Numbered from the stretch's first letter, positions 9,601-19,913 are shown. The stretch: DNA of 64,000 bases from Candidatus Woesearchaeota archaeon (GCA_964372205.1 CAYJQB010000001.1:141180-205179), one strand, 5' to 3'. A program made the numbers and translations. Notes: a model not told the origin generated them from the letters alone.

Positions 9601-9770
9601 TGTTTCAATTCCCGGCGTATGCTTGCCTCTCGGCATTCTCTAAAGAGAACGTTCTCGTATTCGGAAATCTTTGGTTCAAAGCCCGCATGCGGCTCGCCAA
9701 AGCTTATCGCAGCTTGCCACGTCCTTCATCACGATCCAAACCAAGCTATCCATCTACTAGCTCAAATATA
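6697..9770 (-). rRNA. rrl: 23S rRNA (ends approximate), interrupted by a group I intron at 7627-7898
   Basis: Sarcin-ricin loop AGUACGAGAGGAAC, P-loop GGCUGGGGCGG, GGAUAACAGGCU and H69 region, all on the minus strand; archaeal-type sequence. Confidence 0.97.
7627..7898 (-). mobile_element. group I intron (272 nt, no ORF) at 23S position L1931 (E. coli numbering)
   Basis: Insert between CUUAAGGU and AGCGUAAUG; IGS GCCUUA gives a U-G wobble at the 5' splice site; P AUGCUGGAA, Q AAUCAGCAGG, R UCAGAGGACAUA, S AAGAUAUGUUCC; P3 UCGAGC/GCUCGA; P9 with GCGA tetraloop; terminal omega-G. Confidence 0.93.
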
Positions 9771-9773
9771 ATC

Positions 9774-9850
9774 AGATTCCTAAGAAATAATGTAGTCCTA
9801 TTGTTACAAGGACTTCTGAATTTCACAATTCGCCAGTGTCTGCCTACTTG
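9774..9850. repeat. 5' arm of the pre-23S processing stem
   Basis: Partner of 6663-6697; an internal hairpin agtcct/aggact lies between the two helical segments. Confidence 0.85.
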
Positions 9851-10000
9851 CGTCATTGAATATTATCTCAGCGTGACAAAATACCATCGGTAAATCGCCA
9901 CTTCGATGATTTTTACTTCTTTTCTGAAGTTCACTGTTGTGAATATGATTTACGATTTTATCTCTCCAATATGGTTTTGTTAAATTTTATGATTCCGATG

Positions 10001-10016
10001 GCTTTTAAATGTTTTG
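10001..10016 (-). promoter_or_regulatory. BRE/TATA promoter for 23S rRNA
   Basis: Minus strand CAAAACATTTAAAAGC matches the A-rich BRE plus TTTAAAA motif seen before most genes here. Confidence 0.55.
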
Positions 10017-10130
10017 CTAGCCAAGAGTAATCATTTCATTTTCTTTGGAAATAACTTCTAATTTTCTAGAAATCTTCTCATTTTCAATATACTCCCAATG
10101 GATTAACCCAAAGAAAGAGGACAGCTTCAT
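10017..10130 (-). CDS. possible small protein (37 aa)
   Basis: Manual translation MKLSSFFGLIHWEYIENEKISRKLEVISKENEMITLG; follows 10151..10408 on the same strand; no other support. Confidence 0.3.
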   Translation of the reverse strand: MKLSSFFGLIHWEYIENEKISRKLEVISKENEMITLG

Positions 10131-10150
10131 TATTGCATTGTAAAATTTAA

Positions 10151-10408
10151 TTAATCAGAAACAGTAAAGTCAACGACTCCTCTGCCTAAATCTGTTTCAT
10201 AAAGAGGATTTACTTTTTGCATTTGCACACCCCTTATTCTAGACAAAGCTGTAACTTCTCCTTCAGTCCTGCCTATTACTAATCCAGACACAGAAGTAGA
10301 ATTTCCTCTCGCATCAACTTTAATTCCTTCTACTCTGTAAGCGTAATTGCGTCCATCATTCCCAGTAGGCATACTAGAATGTGCAGAGTATCTTTGCCTA
10401 TCAACCAT
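10151..10408 (-). CDS. hypothetical protein in the rRNA spacer
   Basis: 85-aa ORF with an upstream TTTAAAA box. Confidence 0.65.
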   Translation of the reverse strand: MVDRQRYSAHSSMPTGNDGRNYAYRVEGIKVDARGNSTSVSGLVIGRTEGEVTALSRIRGVQMQKVNPLYETDLGRGVVDFTVSD

Positions 10409-10489
10409 ACACTAAAATTAAAACTCTCCTTTTTAAATTTTTATTTTCAAAAGATAACTAACCTTAAATCATATAACTAGTTATAACAT

Positions 10490-10849
10490 CTATTTAGATC
10501 TCGAAGGTTTCATGTTTCTTTGGTTAAGGATTTCAGCATGTTTTATAGAATCTTCCAAATTTTCTTCAGATACTCTAACAAAAGGCACAATTCTTTTTCT
10601 TAAGCTTTTTTCTACCAATGCAAGAAATACACTTTCAGGATTAGTTTCGTGAGCAACACGAGCAGGGAAAGGAACCCAAATATAATTCCCTTCATCATCT
10701 GTATATCTCAGAGCTCTTCCAGCAGTGGAATCTGATTCATTAAATTCAACTTGTGGCAATCCTCTCCAAACTTCCCAATAATTCACTCCTCTCATTGCAT
10801 TTCTTTCTGTTTCACCAGGAGAATAAACTAAATTATTTTCGTTATCCAT
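10490..10849 (-). CDS. hypothetical protein in the rRNA spacer
   Basis: 119-aa ORF starting 7 nt after tRNA-Ala. Confidence 0.7.
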   Translation of the reverse strand: MDNENNLVYSPGETERNAMRGVNYWEVWRGLPQVEFNESDSTAGRALRYTDDEGNYIWVPFPARVAHETNPESVFLALVEKSLRKRIVPFVRVSEENLEDSIKHAEILNQRNMKPSRSK

Positions 10850-10856
10850 AAAAAAA

Positions 10857-10927
10857 TGGACTCGCCGGGAATCGAACCCGGGGCCCCCCGGTGCAAGCGG
10901 GGCGTTTTACCACTAGACTACGAGCCC
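10857..10927 (-). tRNA. tRNA-Ala (TGC), CCA not encoded
   Basis: GGGCTCGTAGTCTAGTGGTAAAACGCCCCGCT-TGC-ACCGGGGGGCCCCGGGTTCGATTCCCGGCGAGTCCA; G3:U70 alanine identity pair. Confidence 0.97.
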
Positions 10928-10950
10928 TTATCGTTTTATCAGAATGTTGG

Positions 10951-10965
10951 TTTTTAATGCTTTCG
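10951..10965 (-). promoter_or_regulatory. BRE/TATA promoter for tRNA-Ala
   Basis: Minus strand CGAAAGCATTAAAAA, ending 24 nt upstream of the tRNA 5' end. Confidence 0.55.
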
Positions 10966-10970
10966 CAAGA

Positions 10971-11270
10971 CTACACAACTTCTAAAATTTGATAATGATA
11001 ACTAACAGACTTATCTCTCGTAACATAGAATCCTATCCTACAACCATTAACATCTTCTCTTTCTTCAGAGTCTATTCTCTCCAGAGCTGAAGCAAATATC
11101 TCTTCCGCAATTTTTATAAAACTATTATCACGTCCTGATAACACTCTTAAGCTTCCGTCAGATGAAATTTCTGCAATATATTTTACATCTTTAATAATTC
11201 TAGTTCCACTTTCAGGAGAGCGTCTAAAACGCACACTCCAAAAATAATCCTCAGTTTCTTTAGCCATCAA
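10971..11270 (-). CDS. hypothetical protein in the rRNA spacer
   Basis: 99-aa ORF with upstream AAAGTTTAAAAAA. Confidence 0.65.
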   Translation of the reverse strand: MMAKETEDYFWSVRFRRSPESGTRIIKDVKYIAEISSDGSLRVLSGRDNSFIKIAEEIFASALERIDSEEREDVNGCRIGFYVTRDKSVSYHYQILEVV

Positions 11271-11299
11271 TTTTCTTGAAAATACTATTTTTTAAACTT

Positions 11300-11590
11300 T
11301 TACGCTTTATCAATTTCACTTCTTGAATAAGCTCTTCCTGATTCGAGAGAAGTTCTTCCTTCTTGAACTATATCTCCCTGGATTTGTATCCTATCTCTTT
11401 CAGCATACTCCTTAGCATCTCTTTCGGATTTTGCAGAATAAAACCAAGTTCTATACTCTCCATCAGTAGGTCTCTCTCCGTCTTGTGAAGGTTTGAATCC
11501 TTTCACTGTAAAAACAAAATTAGGCATCTCTCTTCTTCCGGCAGCTCTCTCTATAGGACAGCTTTTTGTAGGGTATGGATTAATTGCCAT
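11300..11590 (-). CDS. hypothetical protein in the rRNA spacer
   Basis: 96-aa ORF just downstream of the 16S trailer. Confidence 0.65.
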   Translation of the reverse strand: MAINPYPTKSCPIERAAGRREMPNFVFTVKGFKPSQDGERPTDGEYRTWFYSAKSERDAKEYAERDRIQIQGDIVQEGRTSLESGRAYSRSEIDKA

Positions 11591-11624
11591 TTTTTCTAGA
11601 TTTGAACATTTAATTTAAGATGAT

Positions 11625-11665
11625 GGTATGCGAGAAAACTAGTTGTAAACTTTGTTATCATAATT
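11625..11665. repeat. 3' arm of the pre-16S processing stem
   Basis: 11625-11646 is the reverse complement of 13169-13191 apart from one bulge; 11658-11665 pairs with 13153-13160. Confidence 0.85.
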
Positions 11666-11669
11666 TTTT

Positions 11670-13112
<1,443 letters not shown>

Positions 13113-13142
13113 TGCTTGAGAAATTAAATTCTCTGGCACACG

Positions 13143-13191
13143 CCTCCAACTTAATTATGAATTGTATAACAACTAGTTTTTCTCGCATACC
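13143..13191. repeat. 5' arm of the pre-16S processing stem
   Basis: Partner of 11625-11675; includes GGAGG complementary to the anti-SD. Confidence 0.8.
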
Positions 13192-13297
13192 TCATACCTT
13201 AATGTGCGAGTATGTCGATAGAAAAATCTGAATCGACGTCAAGCATTAAGGCACTCATCAAAGTTACCATCTTAATGTTAAACCTAGGAGATAATTA

Positions 13298-13313
13298 GTT
13301 TATAAAGCTTTCC
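13298..13313 (-). promoter_or_regulatory. BRE/TATA promoter for 16S rRNA
   Basis: Minus strand GGAAAGCTTTATAAAC, about 190 nt upstream of mature 16S. Confidence 0.6.
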
Positions 13314-13395
13314 TTGAATTTTGATAGAATCATACTACATCAATGATATATGTAAGTGCAAGTTGATGTTCTTTAGAATAACTTCAAAAGATAAT

Positions 13396-15600
13396 TTAAA
13401 TAACGTAAATTCCAAAAGTTTCTCCATCTGGCTTTTTCAAAGTGACACCCTCATACGTTACAGAATCAACTTTCAAGAAGGAAACAAGAACATATTTAGT
13501 CTGGTCAGGAGCTCTTCTAGCACTTATCCAATAATCATCATTCGCAGTCAGAGACTCTGTTTCTATAGGAATTGAGTTTTCGGGAACAAGGTTTACAAAA
13601 GTTGCAAAAGCATTTTGAAGAGGGTTCATACTTTCAACTTTGAACGCTTCATTATCTCCAGCATTCCACGCAATGAAGCTTTCAGCTCCACTCATAAGGA
13701 AATGCAAATGGGCTTCCCAAATCTGCTGGTCATTTATCTCAGGTAGGTTAATGTTTGTCCCAGGACAATCTTGGTATCTTATAGCATTAGCAGGCTTTAC
13801 CCAGGGAATTATAAAGTGAGTTCCAAGGTAGTTGTTTCGCTGCATTATTTTTACGCTGTTTATCTCTAGTGCCATAATCTCATTCACGCTTTTTGGATTG
13901 TTCTGATCATTACAGAAATAAAGCGCAGGACTGAAAGCATTAGATGCATCAGGCTCAACACTAGGAGGGAGTTGTTGGTCTCTGTTGTTCTTGAAAGGAT
14001 CATCTTTCGGATAAATTGCATAATTATACTGAGTGAATATAACGTCTGAATAATGATTCTTCAAAGGAATAAAGAAAATGTCCCTCACCATTCGGTCCCA
14101 CTCTCCATATAGAACTCTAGTAATATTATATCTTTTTTCATAGTTTGCGTTGTTATCCCAGGCAGTGCTATCAAAAGTCACTCCCCTTTCTATTTTTGCT
14201 TGTGCAAATCTTGGGTCATTGTTGGTAGCTTCTTCTATCATCACAGGAACATTGAAAGCATCATCACTTCCATCCTGAGTATTGTTGTCAAAAGAGCAAA
14301 CACTAGGAGAGTAGATATTGAACCACTGATACTTGCATTCCCATCCGTCGTTAAACCCTATAAAATGCCTCCCTCCATGTGATTCCCAATCAAGTATTAC
14401 CTGATCAATCTTGAATCCAGAAGGTTTACCATTTCCATTATCTATCTGGTTAAGAACTCTATCTACCCAACCTGTAACCTCTGATGGCCCCTCAATAGCA
14501 AATGGGCTTTCCCAGTTGTTTATTTCAAATGAGTTTGAAGAGTCATAATTTGATTGAGAGCTTGAATTGTAGTCACTAGGATTAAACTGCCAGGGGTGAG
14601 GGAACCTAAAGAAGAAAAGGCAAACATCTTGGCCAGAATCGTAGCTGTCATACAAGTCCTGCAGAACAGCATCAGAAAGCATTGTAGTAGTAGCATCCTC
14701 GGCATACCAATCAAAATATCTGTCATTTCCAAACTTGTTAGGTCTTCCAGAAAAAACCATTCTACACATGTGATAATCTGCTAACTCGTCAAAACCTATT
14801 CCAATACTTTCATTCCAGAGAGATATCATAGGCATGTTGCTCTGTTCCATTACTTTTAGATAATCGGTGTCTTGAAGGACTACATTTATTTGAACAGTAT
14901 TATTCAATGTCTGACTATCATTAATAGCAGTCACATCAAAGGTATGAACTCCAGTTCGCAAAGGGGTGTAAAAGAATTTATTTCCATCTGGTTTTGGATA
15001 AGTTTCTCCATCCAACTTGAATTGAATAGAGGTGTAGCCTTCCTCAAATCTAAACTCTATAGGGTGCCCTATCCTAGGCTCATCCCCGGTATAACTTAAA
15101 AAAATGTTCAGACTTCCATCTTCAGTCCCATTATCTCCAGACATCACTCCATCACAAGTTTGGGGAAGTCCAGAAGGATTACAAACTTCTCCAGTATCCA
15201 GAATTGCTGCTACATCAATAGAATCCGTACTCAATGCAAAATCTTCTGTGAACTCAAAAATACTTGTTTCCAACTCTTTAGGAATTCCTTCAAATCTATC
15301 AATAATCTCGCTCTTTCCATTAGTTGTGAAAACAAATCTTATTCCCTTCACTGCTTGATCTCCCGCTTTCCTATTCACAGACACGAGCAAAGTGCTATCG
15401 CTGACTCCACAGCTGTTAACTTGGAATATAGCATCCAGACACTCAACAACCTGATTACCTATTCCACCTTCACTTCCTCCATCTCCAAGAGACCCAAAGA
15501 AATTGTTCTTCAATATCACGAAAACAGCACTAACAGCAATTATCGCAATTAATATTATTAATACGCTAGAAACTACTGTTGATAACCCTCTCTTTTCCAT
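13396..15600 (-). CDS. type IV pilin fused to an Ig-like domain and a putative glycoside-hydrolase-like (beta/alpha)8 domain
   Basis: MEKRG/LSTVVSSVLIILIAI class III signal; pilin Cys pairs; Ig-like segment; C-terminal VILDWE, FSPALYF, IIPWV, SGAESFIAWN motifs. The hydrolase part is inference. Confidence 0.6.
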   Translation of the reverse strand: MEKRGLSTVVSSVLIILIAIIAVSAVFVILKNNFFGSLGDGGSEGGIGNQVVECLDAIFQVNSCGVSDSTLLVSVNRKAGDQAVKGIRFVFTTNGKSEIIDRFEGIPKELETSIFEFTEDFALSTDSIDVAAILDTGEVCNPSGLPQTCDGVMSGDNGTEDGSLNIFLSYTGDEPRIGHPIEFRFEEGYTSIQFKLDGETYPKPDGNKFFYTPLRTGVHTFDVTAINDSQTLNNTVQINVVLQDTDYLKVMEQSNMPMISLWNESIGIGFDELADYHMCRMVFSGRPNKFGNDRYFDWYAEDATTTMLSDAVLQDLYDSYDSGQDVCLFFFRFPHPWQFNPSDYNSSSQSNYDSSNSFEINNWESPFAIEGPSEVTGWVDRVLNQIDNGNGKPSGFKIDQVILDWESHGGRHFIGFNDGWECKYQWFNIYSPSVCSFDNNTQDGSDDAFNVPVMIEEATNNDPRFAQAKIERGVTFDSTAWDNNANYEKRYNITRVLYGEWDRMVRDIFFIPLKNHYSDVIFTQYNYAIYPKDDPFKNNRDQQLPPSVEPDASNAFSPALYFCNDQNNPKSVNEIMALEINSVKIMQRNNYLGTHFIIPWVKPANAIRYQDCPGTNINLPEINDQQIWEAHLHFLMSGAESFIAWNAGDNEAFKVESMNPLQNAFATFVNLVPENSIPIETESLTANDDYWISARRAPDQTKYVLVSFLKVDSVTYEGVTLKKPDGETFGIYVI

Positions 15601-15640
15601 CCCGGTAATGTCTAATCTCTTCGTTATTTAAGTTATACGT

Positions 15641-16501
15641 TTAGGCAGGTATTTCTGCTGTAGCCCATTCTTCAATGAACTCTTCAATTGGTGGAATATC
15701 CAATTTTATTTTTCTTTTTTCAGAATACAACTTTGCCAACAAGTAGAATATCATCCCAAGACTTTTGGCACTCTTATTATTGCCAGGAGTAATAAAATCA
15801 ATTCCTTGCGTGAAGTTGTTAGTATCACATACAGCCATAACATCTATTTTTACATCATTGGCATCCTTAAGAGCATTTTTATCAAGCCAAGGATCACAAA
15901 TAAATACGAGGTTCGCTTCAAAGAAATCTGCAAGATTTGGATTTGTTAAACTCCCAGCAGGGTATTTTTTAGTAAATGTTCTAATGTTGAATAACTCTCC
16001 AAAGAGTTTAGCAGCTTTCCATCCAGCTTCTCTTTTACAAACAATGACTATATCTTCAGGAGCATATCGCGCAATATAATCTCCTGCCTCTCTTAATTTA
16101 TCATCTAGAACGTTTGTGTTAAAAACAGCCAATCCATCAGCTCTTCTCTTGTACACAAAAGACTTCATATCCGGAGTTATGACCCTGGTTCCTAGATGTA
16201 TAGAAGACTTAAGATAATCCTCAATAGGTACTAGCATGTCTTTCTTGTCTTCTTTCTCTCCTTTAACCTCTCCCTTAACATCAACTTTTTTCTCTTCTTG
16301 AATTTTACTTTCCAATGCTTTAGCCTTAGCCTTAAGTTCTTCTAATTTCCTTTTTTTAGAATCGGTTTTTTCAGCAACAGCGTCTTCAACAACTTTTTCA
16401 ATCTTTCCCACTACTTCTTTTATAACCTTTGGAGTAGCTTCCACTAGCTCTTGCATCTCTTCAGTGACTTTCTCCAAGATACTTTCCTTTTTCTTTGCCA
16501 T
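15641..16501 (-). CDS. rps2: 30S ribosomal protein S2 with charged N-terminal extension
   Basis: YLKSSIHLGT, FVYKRRADGL, AGSLTNP, CDTNN, PGNNKSAKSLG. Confidence 0.95.
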   Translation of the reverse strand: MAKKKESILEKVTEEMQELVEATPKVIKEVVGKIEKVVEDAVAEKTDSKKRKLEELKAKAKALESKIQEEKKVDVKGEVKGEKEDKKDMLVPIEDYLKSSIHLGTRVITPDMKSFVYKRRADGLAVFNTNVLDDKLREAGDYIARYAPEDIVIVCKREAGWKAAKLFGELFNIRTFTKKYPAGSLTNPNLADFFEANLVFICDPWLDKNALKDANDVKIDVMAVCDTNNFTQGIDFITPGNNKSAKSLGMIFYLLAKLYSEKRKIKLDIPPIEEFIEEWATAEIPA

Positions 16502-16521
16502 TGTAATTTAGTATAACAAGC

Positions 16522-16558
16522 GCAGGGGTTAATCCGGGTTGTTTCAGCCGGTACCTGC
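16522..16558 (-). promoter_or_regulatory. structured 5' leader of rps2 (candidate r-leader)
   Basis: GC-rich hairpin GCAGG..CCGG..CCGG..CCUGC between the TATA box (16585-16592) and the start codon. Confidence 0.5.
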
Positions 16559-16615
16559 CAATTGATTAGTTTAGATTTGAAGGGTTTTTAAACATTCGCC
16601 TCTTAAAAAAAAGCG

Positions 16616-17239
16616 ATGCTTGACGAACTAAAAATCATCACTTATTGGAAAAGAAAACTTTCACCCTACATTAAACTTGAAGATTCTAACATCCTTGAAA
16701 TAGGTTGTGGAGAGGGAATTTTTGGTAAGCTCCTGGCAAAAAACACTTCTAAGAGATATTTGGGAATCGATCCAAATAGGAAAGCTGTTCTTATCGCAAA
16801 AAAGAATTGTCCAAAAAATGCGGTTTTTAAAATTGGAAGAGCAGAAAAGATTCCATCAAAAAATAAATTTGAAGTAGTGTTTTTTACTTTCTCATGGCAT
16901 TTCATATCAGATTTCAATAAATCTATTTCAGAATTGCAAAGAGTTCTAAATCCAAAAGGAGTGATAGTGATTATCGAACCTACCAAGCATGCCTCAAACT
17001 GGAAAGATAGTAGACTGAACAAAAGAAGCACTGATTTTTCTAAAGAATTATTCTCTCAGAAACTCAGAGCTTTAGAACATGCTGAAACAAGAATAACCAA
17101 TCAAAAAACGTTTAGAGTAGTTCATCAAAAAATCAATAATAAAAAATATCCTTCTATCTGGATATTATCTAATCAACAAAATTATTGTTCTTCTTCACCA
17201 GAACTTTCATCGCCGAAGTCTTCAACGTCATCTTCTTGA
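16616..17239 (+). CDS. class I SAM-dependent methyltransferase
   Basis: [27 protein letters not shown]. Confidence 0.9.
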   Translation: MLDELKIITYWKRKLSPYIKLEDSNILEIGCGEGIFGKLLAKNTSKRYLGIDPNRKAVLIAKKNCPKNAVFKIGRAEKIPSKNKFEVVFFTFSWHFISDFNKSISELQRVLNPKGVIVIIEPTKHASNWKDSRLNKRSTDFSKELFSQKLRALEHAETRITNQKTFRVVHQKINNKKYPSIWILSNQQNYCSSSPELSSPKSSTSSS

Positions 17240-17568
17240 GCAAACCCAATCTCTTCAGCTTTTTCAGCTATTTCACTTTCAACTTCCTTCTCTTTAGCGA
17301 TTATCTTCTCGTCATCAATTTTTTCCTCTCTCACAGCTTGTAGCTTTCCATCCCTCTTTTTTGGAGAAGGCCTTACAACTGTGATAGGCAAAGCACCTGC
17401 ATTGAACTCTTTTTCTGCAATTTTTATAGGATCATAGTTTATCTTATCAAGTTCTTCCTCAGATATTTTTATCAAAATTGGAGCGTCCATAGAAACTTGC
17501 AAAGCTCGAGCACCGACAATTCTTGCTACTTCATATCTTGTAAATTCTTCTTGTTTTTGAGCACTCAT
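17182..17568 (-). CDS. rpoK: RNA polymerase subunit Rpo6 (RpoK) with acidic tail
   Basis: [31 protein letters not shown]. Confidence 0.95.
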   Translation of the reverse strand: MSAQKQEEFTRYEVARIVGARALQVSMDAPILIKISEEELDKINYDPIKIAEKEFNAGALPITVVRPSPKKRDGKLQAVREEKIDDEKIIAKEKEVESEIAEKAEEIGFAQEDDVEDFGDESSGEEEQ

Positions 17569-17577
17569 CTTAAATTT

Positions 17578-18393
17578 TTATTGAAGAAGCTTATTAAGCT
17601 TTTTCATGACTTCCTCATACTTTTTAGGAAGTACGTCCATCATCATTTCAATTTCTTCTTTTTTAAATGTAACTGTCATCCCTTTTTGGCAGGAATGTAT
17701 CATATACTGTCCATTCCAATTAGATATTCCCCAAGTAACTTTTGCATCGCAAGCCTCTTCCTCCTCTCTAGTAGGATGTAGGATGATGCTATTTCCAAGT
17801 TTCTGGAATGTGAAAGACAAGGGCACTATTTCCCTGTTAATAGGCAAAGGAGTATCAGTTCTATTCTCATAGTCAGCTTTACCATTCTTTAATCCAGGGA
17901 ATTTAGCATTCCTTAAAGCTGCAACACAGGCTATGCTTGCTGCATCAATCAAAGAACCATCATCATTTATAGGATATATGTCAACAATAACAGTCCAGAC
18001 ATTTTCTCCTTCAGTTATAACAAGCTTGCTAAAGTCTATCATTCCACTTTCCCTTACCATTCTATCAATAAGTCTTGGCAATTCAATAGCCTCAAACTTT
18101 GGAGGGCCAGATTCAAATCGAGGAGATGCTAACGGAAGCAAGTCTCCAGACACCATCAAGTTTCCTTTGTTCAAAGAATCTGGATAAGGTGTGCCAGTTT
18201 CAAGCTTCACTCCAACAACCACTTCAGTCTTTCCAAGTTTTACTCTTGCGCTTCCCTCTGCTTTGTTTGAAACATCATATTCGAGCTCAAAATCCTTGAG
18301 GTCAAGTCCAGATCTCATATCAAACCTTTTGCCCTCTGCAAAAAGCCTCTGCATATATTCCTTTGTCAAATTCGTAACATCCATTGATCCCAT
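17578..18393 (-). CDS. rrp42: exosome component Rrp42
   Basis: KAEGSARVKLGKT, PYPD, NDDGSLIDA; operon position; SD GGAGGAGG upstream. Confidence 0.95.
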   Translation of the reverse strand: MGSMDVTNLTKEYMQRLFAEGKRFDMRSGLDLKDFELEYDVSNKAEGSARVKLGKTEVVVGVKLETGTPYPDSLNKGNLMVSGDLLPLASPRFESGPPKFEAIELPRLIDRMVRESGMIDFSKLVITEGENVWTVIVDIYPINDDGSLIDAASIACVAALRNAKFPGLKNGKADYENRTDTPLPINREIVPLSFTFQKLGNSIILHPTREEEEACDAKVTWGISNWNGQYMIHSCQKGMTVTFKKEEIEMMMDVLPKKYEEVMKKLNKLLQ

Positions 18394-19092
18394 CTAATTT
18401 CCTCCTCCTACTGAATCTTTCAAAGCTTTCTTTTGAATTTCATATATTTTCTTACACGCTTCATTAGCCATGTCAAGAGCTTTAACAATTAAATGGGGCT
18501 GTATTTTTCCATCCAGTTGCATTAAAGTATACTCATCCGAGTTAGATATTTTTGCAAGTGGGAAATCTGTAGCTCCCTCTCCTTCCCTAAAATCTTCCTC
18601 TTCTTTATCAACATCAACAATGAGTTCCTTGTCAAGTTTTCCTATTGAAACTGCAGAAACAAGGTCTTTCATAGGTATTCCTGCATGTGCAAGAGCCATA
18701 GCAGCAGCATTTATTCCAGCAACTCTCGTGCTAGCATCTGCCTGAAGAATATAAATCTCAACATCTACAACAGTGTTTGGAAATTCTTCAAGTTCCAACA
18801 CAGGAGCTAAAGCCCATTCAGTTACTTTCGAAATCTCTTTGCTTCTTCTGCTTGGTCCAGGTTTCTTTCTTTCTGAAACAGAAAAGCTAAGCAAGTCATA
18901 ATTAACTCTCAAGATTCCTGTTGCAGGATTTTGCATATGTTGTGGATGAAGTGTTCTAGGTCCATAGACTGCTGCGATTGCAACTGTTTTTCCAAATGAA
19001 AACATAGCGCTTCCGTCAGCGTTAGGGATGATTCCCACTTTAGCCTCTATGTGTCTCATTTCATCAACTTTTCTTCCGTCATTTCTCTTCAT
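18394..19092 (-). CDS. rrp41: exosome exonuclease Rrp41
   Basis: RNDGR, ADGSA, AVYGP, RRSKEIS, ILQADASTR. Confidence 0.95.
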   Translation of the reverse strand: MKRNDGRKVDEMRHIEAKVGIIPNADGSAMFSFGKTVAIAAVYGPRTLHPQHMQNPATGILRVNYDLLSFSVSERKKPGPSRRSKEISKVTEWALAPVLELEEFPNTVVDVEIYILQADASTRVAGINAAAMALAHAGIPMKDLVSAVSIGKLDKELIVDVDKEEEDFREGEGATDFPLAKISNSDEYTLMQLDGKIQPHLIVKALDMANEACKKIYEIQKKALKDSVGGGN

Positions 19093-19808
19093 TATCTATT
19101 CTCCTCAAACCAGGACTGCATCTGTTCTGTCAGTCCTCCAACGTTTACTTTTTCAGCAACAAACTCAATAGCTCTTCTTGCCTTAAGCTCTTTTTCGACA
19201 GTTTCTCCTTTAATCCAAATCCATCCGTTCTGTCCGACAGTGATGTTGCATCCAGTTTCTTCCTTAATCAGATTAATCATGCTTCCCTCTCTTCCTATAA
19301 CTCTTGGGACTCTACTTGGGTTGACTTTGAACATGAATCCCCCCTCAATCTTTCCTAAACCTCTCCCTTTCATAGCGAGGTCTATCCCTCTTCCCTTTAT
19401 TGACCATATCTTGGCAGCAACAACATCTCCAATTCCTAAGTATTGGCTCATTTCATGCTGATTTATGTATCTAGGAACTTCAGCTACAGGCAAAAACGCA
19501 GAGCCAGCAGAATCTACATCAATAAGCCATCCATTGAAAAGAACATCAGCTATTCTTCCAAGGATTACATTATTTCTTCTAGGAACATAACTTCCTGTCA
19601 ATGGAATTATTTTAATAACTCTTCCAGCTTTTTCAGCAAGTCCAAATCTTCCAGCAATAAGGTTGTCTCCATCTCTTCTAACACCCTCTCCAGGCAAGTA
19701 ATCATCTCCAGAAACAATAACTTCGCCAGGTATCACTACTTCTCTTTTAACGTTCTCGTTAGAAACGGTCTCCTCGGCCTCGTGAGCCTCATTAATCTCA
19801 TTCATCAT
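19092..19808 (-). CDS. rrp4: exosome RNA-binding protein Rrp4 (S1 + KH)
   Basis: VIPGE, YVPR, VPRVIGREGSM, VGQNGWIW. Confidence 0.95.
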   Translation of the reverse strand: MMNEINEAHEAEETVSNENVKREVVIPGEVIVSGDDYLPGEGVRRDGDNLIAGRFGLAEKAGRVIKIIPLTGSYVPRRNNVILGRIADVLFNGWLIDVDSAGSAFLPVAEVPRYINQHEMSQYLGIGDVVAAKIWSIKGRGIDLAMKGRGLGKIEGGFMFKVNPSRVPRVIGREGSMINLIKEETGCNITVGQNGWIWIKGETVEKELKARRAIEFVAEKVNVGGLTEQMQSWFEENR

Positions 19809-19820
19809 GTTAATCTTAAT

Positions 19821-19860
19821 GGTAACATCCCAGGATAATCATAATTTCCCAAATGTTTCC
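19821..19860 (-). promoter_or_regulatory. hairpin in the 5' leader of the rrp4-rrp41-rrp42-rpoK operon
   Basis: GGAAACAUUUGGGAAAU-UAUG-AUUAUCCUGGGAUGUUACC forms about 16 bp, with G-U pairs on the coding strand. Confidence 0.45.
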
Positions 19861-19913
19861 TTTTTACAGAATTTAGAGATTTAATGTTCTTTTTAAATCT
19901 TTCTTCACTTGGA

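Noticed and set aside
6700..9893. Plus-strand ORFs of 83-169 aa in the 23S region
   Set aside because: Antisense to 23S rRNA; no protein motifs
17182..17239. 58-nt convergent overlap of the methyltransferase and rpoK as a regulatory device
   Set aside because: The Ser-rich tail is simply the antisense of the RpoK acidic tail; short 3' overlaps are common in this compact genome
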